Origin: Terriglobia bacterium
GTDB taxonomy: Bacteria > Acidobacteriota > Terriglobia > 20CM-2-55-15
DNA: 64,000 nt
Assembly: GCA_963664115.2 (NCBI GenBank)
Contig: CAXWPJ010000012.1
Coordinates: forward strand, 96,001 to 160,000
Direction: 5' to 3'
A program made the position numbers and the translations under genes. Positions 49,765 through 58,654 of this stretch are shown here, one piece after another. The first letter of the stretch is position 1. Each line of letters opens with the position of its first letter. The notes beneath the pieces were generated by a model, which made no database searches, had not been told where the DNA came from, and was given only the letters and a program-made list of their open reading frames with translations.

Positions 49765-50730
49765 CTAGGGCAACGCAACGCCGGCCCGGTCGCGATCGCT
49801 TCTCCCTTGACGGTGCCACACAACCTCGCCGCTCGTGATCCCGCCGTTGCTGATCGTGAAAGCGTAGCTCTGTTCTTCTCCAGGACCGAGTCTCGGAACT
49901 CGCCAGACTGCGCGACTACCGTCCTCAACACCCGAATACCCATCGGCAACTGCATCCGCTACGGTGGTCCCCTGTTCAAGGTTCAGCGTCACGGCAATGT
50001 TCTCTGCGGTCAGTCCGAGTCCCTCTTGCCCTCCATTTGCGACAACGAGGTTGTAAGAACCGGGAGCCGGTCCCGCCGTCACCCGCGACGAGATACTCAC
50101 ACGATATCCAAGCGTGTCCTTTAGATAGACATATATCTCTTCCAGGACACTCTCCGGCAGCCGCGCACGCGAATAGTTGCCCATTCGAACGGGTCCGGGG
50201 TTCTCTCCCAGATCGACGCGTAGCCCGTTCATGGTTGCCGCGTGATCGTAGACCAGGTCCTTCCACCACTCGAAATCGGCACCGAGCGAACCGGCATCCG
50301 CGCGAGGCCCTCCCAGTCCGTCACCGTGGCACTGTGCGCAGCCCACACCAGCGATGAGCAACTCCTGGGCGCGTGGTGCGTTGGCTGGAAGCGGTGTACG
50401 CCAGGGACCCGGTGCCGCCACCCGGGGCAGACCGCTCAAGTAGGCATGAAGGTTGGCCACTTCCTGATCGCTGTAAAGGACCGGGGGATAGGCGGGCATG
50501 ATGCCCCAGGGCTGCCTCACGGCTCGCGTGAACTGTTCCAGGGTCAACTGACGTCCTGCCAGATCCGGCCCGAATGCGCCCTCCCCGTTCGTGCCATGGC
50601 AATCGACACAACGGTTCAGACCCCGGTTTCCCCAGAGAACTCTGCCCGCCTCGGCATCGCCCTGAGCCGAAGCGTCTATGGCAAACGACAAAGGAAACAA
50701 CAGCAGTATCGCGATAAAGAATTGACGCAT
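49765..50730 (-). CDS. Periplasmic dihaem cytochrome c with C-terminal beta-sandwich domain
   Basis: Signal MRQFF..ASA, CVDCH with distal MPAY, CAQCH with distal RMG. Confidence 0.88.
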   Translation of the reverse strand: MRQFFIAILLLFPLSFAIDASAQGDAEAGRVLWGNRGLNRCVDCHGTNGEGAFGPDLAGRQLTLEQFTRAVRQPWGIMPAYPPVLYSDQEVANLHAYLSGLPRVAAPGPWRTPLPANAPRAQELLIAGVGCAQCHGDGLGGPRADAGSLGADFEWWKDLVYDHAATMNGLRVDLGENPGPVRMGNYSRARLPESVLEEIYVYLKDTLGYRVSISSRVTAGPAPGSYNLVVANGGQEGLGLTAENIAVTLNLEQGTTVADAVADGYSGVEDGSRAVWRVPRLGPGEEQSYAFTISNGGITSGEVVWHRQGRSDRDRAGVALP

Positions 50731-50830
50731 GTCTGGACCTCCTAACATGAAAAATGACACAACGCGACGGTTCTTGCAGACAGTCAAAACGGTGGCCGCT
50801 CGCGCGTGCTGTACCTAAATAGAACCCAAG

Positions 50831-51841
50831 TTACTGTTGCGATTCGAGGAACAGTCCCAGCTGTGCCTCGGCGCACTGACCGACAACCGTCAGATGACGC
50901 TGGACGGCCTCGGCGTCAACAAAGGGATGCGGTTCGCCGGGCTGTCGGAATCGCAAGGCGTTGATCCGCTCCAGGGTCCTGTCGTGGTTCGTATGGCTAG
51001 CCAGAAAGACATCCACCCGCGCCCTTGCCGTGATCTCCCGAAAGCGCTCGGCAGAGGAACTGTAGGTGGACAGGGCCTGGGAACGCTCAGGAAAGTGCCG
51101 GCCGCCGAGGGCGTTCCCTCCCCAGATGCTTCCCAGATGCCACCGGTCTCCATCCCTGAGTGGGATCAGCGTCGATATCGTGCCCGGTGTGTGACCGGGC
51201 GTGACATAGAGCGTCACGGTGGTATCACCCAGCGTCAGTTCCATCCCGTCGGTGGCCACCATGTCTTTTCTGGGTTTGATCTCAGACGGGTTGGCGTCGT
51301 TGGCTACGAGATTCCAGTCGGCCTCAGACATAATGATGCGCGCGCCGTACCTGTCCTGGAGTGTCTTGGCACCGAAGTAGTGGTCGGAATGGCCGTGGGA
51401 GATGATGACGTACTTGATGTCGGCCGCATCGAGCCCCAACTGTCGCAGCCCGTCGACGATCTCGTCTTCGACCATGTAGTCGAAGGCTGAATCGTGCAGA
51501 ATGATTCCCTCCGACGTCGTTACCGCCCACATGGAGTGCAGATAGCTGCCGACGTAATACAGATTGTCGAAGATTTTCTCTGGCGCCGCATACCATTCTT
51601 CGCGCGGTGGAATCGTTCTGGAGGCCGGCCGCGGTTCCGGATCCGGCGCGTTGATGACGTTAGTAGAAAACTCTCCGCAAAGCCTGTCGTATATCCATGT
51701 AAAGTCATGTCCCGGTGTATATGCCGCAGCCTTGGCTCGAGCATCGTGAGTTTCAGACGTGACGGTCTGGGCATTCGATACAGTCGAAATCCATCCACCC
51801 AGCAACATGACTGAGAGTAGCGACGGCAAGCAGATCTTCAT
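50831..51841 (-). CDS. Exported MBL-fold hydrolase, subclass-B3-like (paralogue of 44906-45985)
   Basis: Signal peptide, KIFDNLYY, HGHSDH, PGHTPG, ASH. Confidence 0.9.
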   Translation of the reverse strand: MKICLPSLLSVMLLGGWISTVSNAQTVTSETHDARAKAAAYTPGHDFTWIYDRLCGEFSTNVINAPDPEPRPASRTIPPREEWYAAPEKIFDNLYYVGSYLHSMWAVTTSEGIILHDSAFDYMVEDEIVDGLRQLGLDAADIKYVIISHGHSDHYFGAKTLQDRYGARIIMSEADWNLVANDANPSEIKPRKDMVATDGMELTLGDTTVTLYVTPGHTPGTISTLIPLRDGDRWHLGSIWGGNALGGRHFPERSQALSTYSSSAERFREITARARVDVFLASHTNHDRTLERINALRFRQPGEPHPFVDAEAVQRHLTVVGQCAEAQLGLFLESQQ

Positions 51842-52086
51842 GATTCCTCCCGAACGTGAATTCTGATTCGATGATGGGTTCCAGAAGACTATCAGATAGG
51901 GAATGAGCGATAAAGCGAATGGTATTCTGACCCGTCAGAGACAATCGATCCTTTTCCTGTCAACCCGGAGGTCGCCGATTCAATCACGACCCGATAGCGT
52001 GCCCCTGCAAAGAACCCTATGATGGTGCAAGTTTGACGTGAGAGTCGTATCATCGGGTTCGTCCCAAACCGCGGAAGTGATTTCGA

Positions 52087-52680
52087 ATGCGCATAACTGC
52101 AAAGCGTCTTCTCCCTGTGCTCCTGTTCGCAGTGGCGACTCCCGCCCGTGCGCAGCTCGAGACCACCGAACCCGCTCCCGGCGTGTTCCTGGTTGCGAAA
52201 CCCGGGATGCCCGACCCGCGCTTTCAGCAAACTGTCATTCTCCTGCTCACCCACGACGACGGCGGCACAGCCGGGCTGGTTTTAACCCAGCCCTCAGGCA
52301 TGGCGCTAGCCGATGCGGACGAACCCAGGCATCCTGTTTACAGTGGCGGGCCGGTTGCCCCAAATCAGGCCCAGGTGCTTCTGAGGGGTGAACGGCCCAA
52401 CAGCACCTTCCGGAAAGTATGGGACGACGTGTGGTGGTGTACGGACATCGACGCCATCGAAGCCTTGCTGGAAGAGAACCCAGGTCCCGATGTTTTGCGC
52501 GTATTCGTGGGTTACGCAAGTTGGGCTCGGGGCCAGCTCGATGACGAACTCGCCGCCCCCGACGCCTGGGCTCTGTTCCAGGCCGAGCCCGACGACGTAT
52601 TTCTTTCGGATCCGGACGCCCTGTGGGACCGCTTCATGGGCCGCAACCGACGTCTCTTCGCGTCGCGCAGTTTAAGATAA
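52087..52680 (+). CDS. YqgE/AlgH (DUF179) family protein with an apparent signal peptide
   Basis: FLVAKPGMPDPRF, GGPV, GYASWARGQLDDEL; N-terminal MRITAKRLLPVLLFAVATPARA. Confidence 0.87.
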   Translation: MRITAKRLLPVLLFAVATPARAQLETTEPAPGVFLVAKPGMPDPRFQQTVILLLTHDDGGTAGLVLTQPSGMALADADEPRHPVYSGGPVAPNQAQVLLRGERPNSTFRKVWDDVWWCTDIDAIEALLEENPGPDVLRVFVGYASWARGQLDDELAAPDAWALFQAEPDDVFLSDPDALWDRFMGRNRRLFASRSLR

Positions 52681-52760
52681 GGGTCAATTGCCTTATTCCT
52701 TCATTCTTAACAGGAACAGCAGCAGAGGAAAATTCGGGAAATAGGGCTCTGACCCCATTT
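52679..52760. repeat. Degenerate REP-like inverted repeat
   Basis: AAGGGTCAATTGCCTTATTCC versus GGAAATAGGGCTCTGACCCC, imperfectly complementary. Confidence 0.35.
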
Positions 52761-52877
52761 TCCCCAACAGGTCTTCTTGCAGCGCGATCCCTCGTTTCCA
52801 GCTGGAATGTGGTTTATACTGCCGCGAATTTCAAACCGCACCTGTGCCCATAGCCTCCAGTTGTCGGAGAAAACGAA

Positions 52878-53633
52878 TTGAAACGCAGAAGGATCCTACA
52901 ATTACTAACGGCGGCCGCAGCGAGCCTTTGGACCCGGGTGGTCCCCCCTGGAGCCTCACTGCTCGAAGCCGCAATTCCGAATCGACCATCCCAGGAGCCT
53001 CCTGCAGACAACGCCAACCTTCTGCTCCCGCTGTTCCCTTTAGACCTCGTCCTGTTTCCGGAAACGAATCTGCCGCTGCACATCTTCGAACCGCGATACA
53101 AAGAGATGATTCAGGATTGCCTGGACAACCGTTGGGAGTTTGGAATCCTGCTGGACCAGGAAGGATCCATCAGCAACACGGGCTGCACCGCTTCCATTTC
53201 CGAAGTGTTAGCCCGTTTTCCGGACGGCCGATCAAACATTCTGGTTCGAGGTGAACAGCGTTTTGAAATCTCGCAGCTCGACGAAGAAAGAGCCTATCTA
53301 CGGGGCACGGTGGAATTCCTCGGAGACGATGCTGCCGAATCAGCCGATGAATCACTGCGACAACGCGGCATCGAGCTTTATGGCCGTCTGAGCGAATTGC
53401 TGCAGTTGGAAAACCAGCCGTTTCTCACGCCCGCTCCCATATGGACCGATACGCAACTGTCCTATCGGATGATGGCCGGCATCCCAGCGGCGGCGGATTG
53501 GAAGCAGGAATTACTGGAACTTCGATCGGAACCCGAGCGTCTCGTTCGCGTCATCGGTTTTTTCGATGAGTTGATCGAGTATCTGGAGAGCCTTCCGAAC
53601 GAGTCCTCGGATCCCGGTCAGCAGACTGTCTGA
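52878..53633 (+). CDS. Stand-alone LON N-terminal (substrate-binding) domain protein with a Tat-like leader
   Basis: LPLFPL..VLFP..LPLHIFEPRY, GCTA, PDGRSNI, KQELLE; N-terminal MKRRRILQLL. Confidence 0.85.
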   Translation: MKRRRILQLLTAAAASLWTRVVPPGASLLEAAIPNRPSQEPPADNANLLLPLFPLDLVLFPETNLPLHIFEPRYKEMIQDCLDNRWEFGILLDQEGSISNTGCTASISEVLARFPDGRSNILVRGEQRFEISQLDEERAYLRGTVEFLGDDAAESADESLRQRGIELYGRLSELLQLENQPFLTPAPIWTDTQLSYRMMAGIPAAADWKQELLELRSEPERLVRVIGFFDELIEYLESLPNESSDPGQQTV

Positions 53634-53982
53634 TTCCGGCGCCCAAAATCTTTCGTTCGGGCTAATCTGAATCCAGCTTAGAAACATATGAGAACAGCGC
53701 ACCCCACACCCTAGGTGTCGGGCTCTTAACCTCCGATTGGTTTCCCGAGCCGGAGATCCCCGCCCTCTTCGCTATTGCATCCTATTAGCATCAGACACTT
53801 ACATCCATATTTTTCCGCCAATGGTTGCCTTGATCATCATCCACCTGTTGAAGTCACCCACCTTCGCGGACATTGAGATTTTCACCGAACGAAAACTCTA
53901 CTCTCACCTGCCATTCCTCGATTGGCCTCCAACTGGATGTATCTACCATTGTTTCAATGGATTACTGCGACACTCGAAGCTC

Positions 53983-54027
53983 GCCAATTCTCAGTGTCCG
54001 ACAATGTCGTTAACAGGCGTTGAGAAT
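53983..54027. repeat. Palindromic site A
   Basis: GCCAATTCTCAGTGTCCGACAATGTCGTTAACAGGCGTTGAGAAT; near-identical inverted copy at 63188-63231. Confidence 0.8.
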
Positions 54028-54102
54028 TTAATAGCGCCTAACTCACTCCTCTAGTATCTTTTACCGGGTTTTTCTCGGTTCTTTCAGCGACACACTATAA
54101 CG

Positions 54103-54220
54103 ATGGAATCTGGCACCAAACTGGGCCGCTACTAACTCCTGAGCCTCCTTGGTAAGGGTGAAATGGGTGAATTGTGGCGTGCTCGGGACACCAAGCTCGG
54201 GCGTAAAGTTGCCATCGAAG
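54103..54220 (+). pseudogene. Ser/Thr kinase 5' remnant 1
   Basis: MESGTKLGRY*LLSLLGKGEMGELWRARDTKLGRKVAIE (Gly-loop and VAIK region, internal stop), cut by an IS66-like end. Confidence 0.85.
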
Positions 54221-54393
54221 GTAAGCGTCCAAGCTAAACCGTGTAGCGCGGCAGTCAAGAAGGCGTCATTCTTGGCGGATGGAAGCGAATCGGAAGAAGC
54301 GGCCCCAGAAGGTCGAAGCAGGAACGGCAGCGGATCGTCGAGGAGTCGCTACAAAGCGGGAACATCGGTGGCCGTCGTGGCCCGGGCTCATGC
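54221..54393 (+). mobile_element. IS66-family left-end remnant with frameshifted TnpA fragment
   Basis: Starts GTAAGCGTCC (IS66-type terminus); frameshifted RSKQERQRIVEESLQ / GTSVAVVARAH HTH fragment. Confidence 0.65.
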
Positions 54394-54536
54394 GTAAGCT
54401 TCCCCATCTGAGAGGCATGTCATAAGTGGAGCTTTCTGGCAGTTGAGGTTCACCCGACGTTGGATGGGTCGCTTTTGCATCCGATCGTGCAGAAGGCCTT
54501 GAGGTCTATGTAAAATTAGATTCGATGAATTGAAGA

Positions 54537-56168
54537 GTGAACGAATCTATGGCCAAAAAAGAACGAGTTTGTGTGATTGGAGCGGGCCTGTCGGGCCTCA
54601 TTGCACTGAAGGAATTGCTTAAAAAAGGACATGACGTCACTTGCTATGAAAAGGAACTTCGCGAAGGAGGAGTCTTTAACTTTCCAACTGGTGTAGCTTA
54701 CGACACAATGCGTCTTACCGTCTCCCAGCACTTCATGTGCTTCACTGGGATGCCTGCGCCACCGCAGGAAAAGCGAGAGCTCTGGACACGAAGACGGTAC
54801 GCCCAGTATTTGCAGTCCTTCGCAGAAAGATTCGACCTTTTTAGCTACATTCAATTTAGCACCGAAGTAAAGGCGATCGAACTGTGTCAGGGAGGCCAAG
54901 TTCGGGTTACTTGTCGTCATAGCACCGAGAGTTACGACCGAAAGTTTGACGCAGTCGCGATTTGTCAGGGTGCGTTTCGCGCAGACGCCCCGCGAATGCC
55001 AAACATCGATGGTCTGGATAACTTTCCAGGAAGAGTGGTTCACAGCGGAACTTACAACGGCCCGGAGTCCTTTAAGGGTATGCGCGTATTGTGCGTAGGA
55101 ATGGGCGAAACGGCCGCGGACATTACTCTGCACATTTCTGAAGTAGCTGCGAGCTGCACATTGAGTATGCGGACCTTTCCCGAAATAATAAAAAGATACC
55201 GGGGTCCTAGCCAACGCACCACCGACGTCGACTCTACGCGACTCTTTCACTGGATGTCGCCGGAACAGCGAAACGATTTCTACGCCTTCAAACGGAAGTT
55301 TAGGGATACGAGGAAGCTTAGCGATCACGATCGGTTGGTTTACGAATGGAATCGAAAATCAGGTGGACGTCGCTCCCTCCAAAAGAACGACGATTTCGTA
55401 GGCAACGTCATTAATGGACGAATTCAGGTGCTTGCTCCGTCGGAGCTTAAACGTATTGAAGGCAATACGGTGATCTTTGACGATCATTCAACATTGGAAG
55501 TGGACGCAATCGTATTCAGCACAGGATACGAGGAGAGCTCCATTCCCAAAAATTGGATCAAGGACGTCGAGATCTCTGATGTTCGTCAGCTATACAAGCA
55601 TGCATTCCATATAGACCTGGGGAGGCAGGTTGCTTTTTTTGGTTGGGCACGACCTCGGCAGGGAGGGGTTCCTGTAATCTCTGAATTGTTAGCCAGGTAT
55701 TTCGCACTACTTTGCAGCGGTGAACGAGAGTTGCCTGCGAAAAGTGAAATGAAACGTGTAATTGCTGAAGATTTTGCGCGCGAGGAGGAGTGGTTCGCCA
55801 ATTCAAAATCTACACGTACGCTAGTTCACTACACACGCTATTTAGATGATCTTGCCGAACTGATTGGATGTCTTCCCCATCTGGAAGATTATCTGAATGA
55901 TCCAGAGCTGCTCACACACCTGATGTGTTCATCAAACATTGGAATGAGCTATCGGTTACAGGGCCCAGACGCCTTCCCCGAGATACCCAGAGAGGCTTGC
56001 GTGTCGGCGCCCATCGCTGATCCATATGAAGCTATCGATAAGTTTTTGGACTACTCTCTTAGACAGAGACTGAATCTTGACCTGGCAAACCGGGTCGCTG
56101 AGATCATTCGCACATATCTGACCACACACACGACGGACATGCCTTCGACGGAAACTTGGGGAAGCTGA
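54537..56168 (+). CDS. Flavin-containing monooxygenase (class B, FMO-like)
   Basis: GAGLSG, FPGRVVHSGTY (FxGxxxHxxxY), GMGETA, FSTGY; visibly lower GC than the core genes. Confidence 0.9.
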   Translation: MNESMAKKERVCVIGAGLSGLIALKELLKKGHDVTCYEKELREGGVFNFPTGVAYDTMRLTVSQHFMCFTGMPAPPQEKRELWTRRRYAQYLQSFAERFDLFSYIQFSTEVKAIELCQGGQVRVTCRHSTESYDRKFDAVAICQGAFRADAPRMPNIDGLDNFPGRVVHSGTYNGPESFKGMRVLCVGMGETAADITLHISEVAASCTLSMRTFPEIIKRYRGPSQRTTDVDSTRLFHWMSPEQRNDFYAFKRKFRDTRKLSDHDRLVYEWNRKSGGRRSLQKNDDFVGNVINGRIQVLAPSELKRIEGNTVIFDDHSTLEVDAIVFSTGYEESSIPKNWIKDVEISDVRQLYKHAFHIDLGRQVAFFGWARPRQGGVPVISELLARYFALLCSGERELPAKSEMKRVIAEDFAREEEWFANSKSTRTLVHYTRYLDDLAELIGCLPHLEDYLNDPELLTHLMCSSNIGMSYRLQGPDAFPEIPREACVSAPIADPYEAIDKFLDYSLRQRLNLDLANRVAEIIRTYLTTHTTDMPSTETWGS

Positions 56169-56195
56169 GACTGGCCGGTGCCGTGATTTTCGAGG

Positions 56196-56224
56196 TCAAG
56201 TCCTGAGAAATCATCTTCTCGGAC
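56196..56224. repeat. Palindromic site B (left part; completed at 57725-57735 after removing the IS3)
   Basis: Reconstructed TCAAGTCCTGAGAA-ATCATC-TTCTCGGACCTTGAGAATTG aligns with site C TCAACGCCTGATAA-ATCA-TTGTCGGACACTGAGAATTG. Confidence 0.7.
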
Positions 56225-56283
56225 TGTACGTCGTCAGAATAATTCGGACAAAAAGACCATTTAGCTAAGAGACGGTTTTGAAG

Positions 56284-57267
56284 TTATACCACTCCAATCC
56301 TAAGGTTCTCGATTTTGCGTCGAGCCAGCGTTTTTCTTTTGATCTGGTCACGACGTGCAAGGATCTGCTGATCCCTCCCGAAGAACACGTCAGCCGGTGT
56401 CACGTTGTTCAGAGATTCGTGATACCGATGGTGGTTGTAGTGTTCGACCCATTGCGCGATCGCCTGCTCAAGTTCCCACGGATAATAGTAGTGTTCCAAC
56501 TTGACCACGTTCTTCATCGAACGGTGATAGCGTTCGATCTTGCCCTGTGTCATCGGGTGATAGGGCGCACCCCGGGTGTGTTCCATACCACGACGTTGTA
56601 AATAGTCTTTGAGTTCGTGCGATACGTAGCAGGGGCCGTTGTCGCTCAACAATCGCGGTCGGTGCCGGACTTGTACTTGTCCGACATCTGTCGCCTGTAG
56701 TGCAACGTCCAGCGTGTCCTGAACGTCAGATGCGGCCATGGTTTGAAAGAGCTTCCAGGCGATGATGTAGCGAGAGTAATCGTCCAGCACGGTCGACAGG
56801 TAGTACCAACCCCAACCGACGACCCTGAAGTAAGTGAAATCAGTTTGCCAGAGTTCGTTCACACGCCGGGTTGGCTGCTGGAAGTGATCGCTGGCCGTCA
56901 TCACGATGTATGCGGGACTGGTGATCAGGTCGCATCTCTTCAGAATCCGATACACGCTGGATTCGGAGATGAAGTAGTCCTGGGTGTCGGTGATCTGCCA
57001 GGCCAGTTCCCGCGGTGAGGCTTCCGGGTGGTTCAACGCGGTTTCGACCACCTGTTCCCGCACCGGTCCCGGAATCCGGTTCCAGCAGAAGCCGGGGCCG
57101 GAATGCCGATCTAACAAGCCGGCTGCGCCACGCTCTTTGTATCGTCGATACCAACCGTAGAACGTGCTGCGGGGGACGCCCAGCTCCCGGAGGGTCGCTG
57201 TCACCGACAACTCCGAGTCTTCCACCACTCGGATCGTCTCCAGCTTCTCAGATCCCGATTGCCTCAT
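56284..57267 (-). CDS. IS3-family OrfB (DDE/rve transposase)
   Basis: WQTDFTY, LDDYSRY, SDNG, GKIERYH; ATG overlaps the OrfA stop and an A7 slippery run lies at 57302-57308. Confidence 0.9.
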   Translation of the reverse strand: MRQSGSEKLETIRVVEDSELSVTATLRELGVPRSTFYGWYRRYKERGAAGLLDRHSGPGFCWNRIPGPVREQVVETALNHPEASPRELAWQITDTQDYFISESSVYRILKRCDLITSPAYIVMTASDHFQQPTRRVNELWQTDFTYFRVVGWGWYYLSTVLDDYSRYIIAWKLFQTMAASDVQDTLDVALQATDVGQVQVRHRPRLLSDNGPCYVSHELKDYLQRRGMEHTRGAPYHPMTQGKIERYHRSMKNVVKLEHYYYPWELEQAIAQWVEHYNHHRYHESLNNVTPADVFFGRDQQILARRDQIKRKTLARRKIENLRIGVV

Positions 57268-57629
57268 ATATCGATGCTCTCGGAGTCCGTTACGTTCAAC
57301 GTTTTTTTCAGAAAACGATTCTTTAGCAGTATTTCGGCCACGACCTGCTTCAACTGATCGTTTTCCTGCCGCAACTCGGTGACTTCGCTCGATGTCGCTT
57401 CCCGCTTCGTGTCCCCAGCCAGCCGTTTCTTCCCCGCCTCCAGGAAGTCCTTGCTCCACCGGTAATACAGATTTGACGGAATCCCTTCGCGTCGGCACAG
57501 TTCTGCGATGCTCTCTTCGCCTCGCAACCCTTCCAACACGATCCGCACTTTCTCCTCAGACGAGTACTTCTTGCGCGTCTTTCGACGAATCTCTCGTACC
57601 CGATTCTCTGCCGACACTTTCTCACTCAT
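57264..57629 (-). CDS. IS3-family OrfA (HTH)
   Basis: KYSSEEKVRIVLEGLRGEESIAELCRREGI..YYRW, C-terminal LKK. Confidence 0.9.
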   Translation of the reverse strand: MSEKVSAENRVREIRRKTRKKYSSEEKVRIVLEGLRGEESIAELCRREGIPSNLYYRWSKDFLEAGKKRLAGDTKREATSSEVTELRQENDQLKQVVAEILLKNRFLKKTLNVTDSESIDI

Positions 57630-58030
57630 TCGATCCTCCTTCAGATCGTTCTGATTAGAAAAGTGTCTCTTAGTTTTTTAGGGTATTTCGTACGAAATGC
57701 TCTGACGGGCTACACTTCTCGGACCTTGAGAATTGATCCCACCACTTTCTGATAAGCCGAGTAACCTTCGATTGGGGCATATGGACGGTTTGCCGACTAT
57801 ACGGCAAGTGTAAGCTCGACTGATGTGCCAGATGGCTTCTGAGGACTTGAGAATAGATCGGTAAACGAAACGGCGTTTATCGCGGGTAATCCCACGCAGC
57901 TTCCCCAACGACCCGTCCCCACAAGCGGAAGTACGGTTTGGCGGTTAGACAGGCATGTGACCATTTCATTGACCTCAAGTCGTATTATTTAGCCAGAATT
58001 TCGCTGTTCCTTTTGGCGACAGACGAAATC

Positions 58031-58111
58031 ATGCAATCCGGCACTCAACTCGGCCACTACACGATCCGTTCTGCCCTCGGTAATGGTGGGATGGGCCAGG
58101 TGTATCGGGCT
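58031..58111 (+). pseudogene. Ser/Thr kinase 5' remnant 2
   Basis: MQSGTQLGHYTIRSALGNGGMGQVYRA, then the homology stops. Confidence 0.8.
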
Positions 58112-58206
58112 CCTGAGTCATTATTTTCGATTGACGGTAACTTGGCTCCCTCTTAATATTGAGCAAGCATTTCAAATCGTTTGGGCGGAGCCTGAAGTAG
58201 CCCTTT

Positions 58207-58308
58207 GCGGATAAGCGGTTCAAACAGGGTCCGACACCTATTGCAGCGCTGTCGATGTCGCCGTATGGGCGTTATGTCAACCCACGCGCGGCCGAAGGCC
58301 GTCGCGCG
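58207..58308 (+). repeat. 102-bp inverted repeat D (left of the sulfatase-like gene)
   Basis: 86 of 102 identical, ungapped, to the reverse complement of 60426-60527; contains GCGGATAA, TTATGTCAACC and a GGCCGAAGGCC hairpin. Confidence 0.9.
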
Positions 58309-58654
58309 GATCTGCCTCTGATCCTGAACCTCTGTCCATCCACTGTCGGCACAGGAGCGTCAACGCGGTGAAGGCGGAAGCCAAGGAAGGACGGCGGGCC
58401 GAGGAACCACTGTACTTGAAACGTCGTGCATTAGCGTCCGCACGCATTGCGAAATCTAGAAAGTACTTACCTGAGTTCCAGTTACCCCCGTGGGTTCTTA
58501 CATGACATGCCCTCAGAGGTCGAACGACCCGTCGATCTGCGGCACCGCTCAAGATTTGTAAGATGCCTCATGTAAAGATGAATGACGCCACATTTTCATT
58601 GGCCCGCCTCAAGAACCTGAACGGCAGCCGACCGGGCCCAAGGACATAGACTCC

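Larger units (their letters stand above)
56225..57714 (-). mobile_element. IS3-family insertion sequence, 1490 bp
   Basis: Imperfect terminal IRs TGTACGTCGTCAGA.. / ..TCTGACGGGCTACA; flanking direct repeat CTTCTCGGAC at 56215-56224 and 57715-57724. Confidence 0.9.

Noticed and set aside
53715-53775. tRNA or tmRNA remnant at the island's left border (GGGCTCTTAACC)
   Set aside because: It has an anticodon-loop-like heptamer only; there is no GTTCRA T-loop, acceptor stem or CCA.
54131-54135. Stop-codon readthrough in kinase stub 1
   Set aside because: The stop is TAA, the Gly-loop and catalytic Lys are also mutated (GEMG, VAIE) and the gene is truncated, so it is a pseudogene.
54407-54423. TCTGAGAGGCATGTCAT, similar to an inverted 16-mer near 58501-58517
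   Set aside because: The match is short and gapped with no flanking homology; it could be chance.
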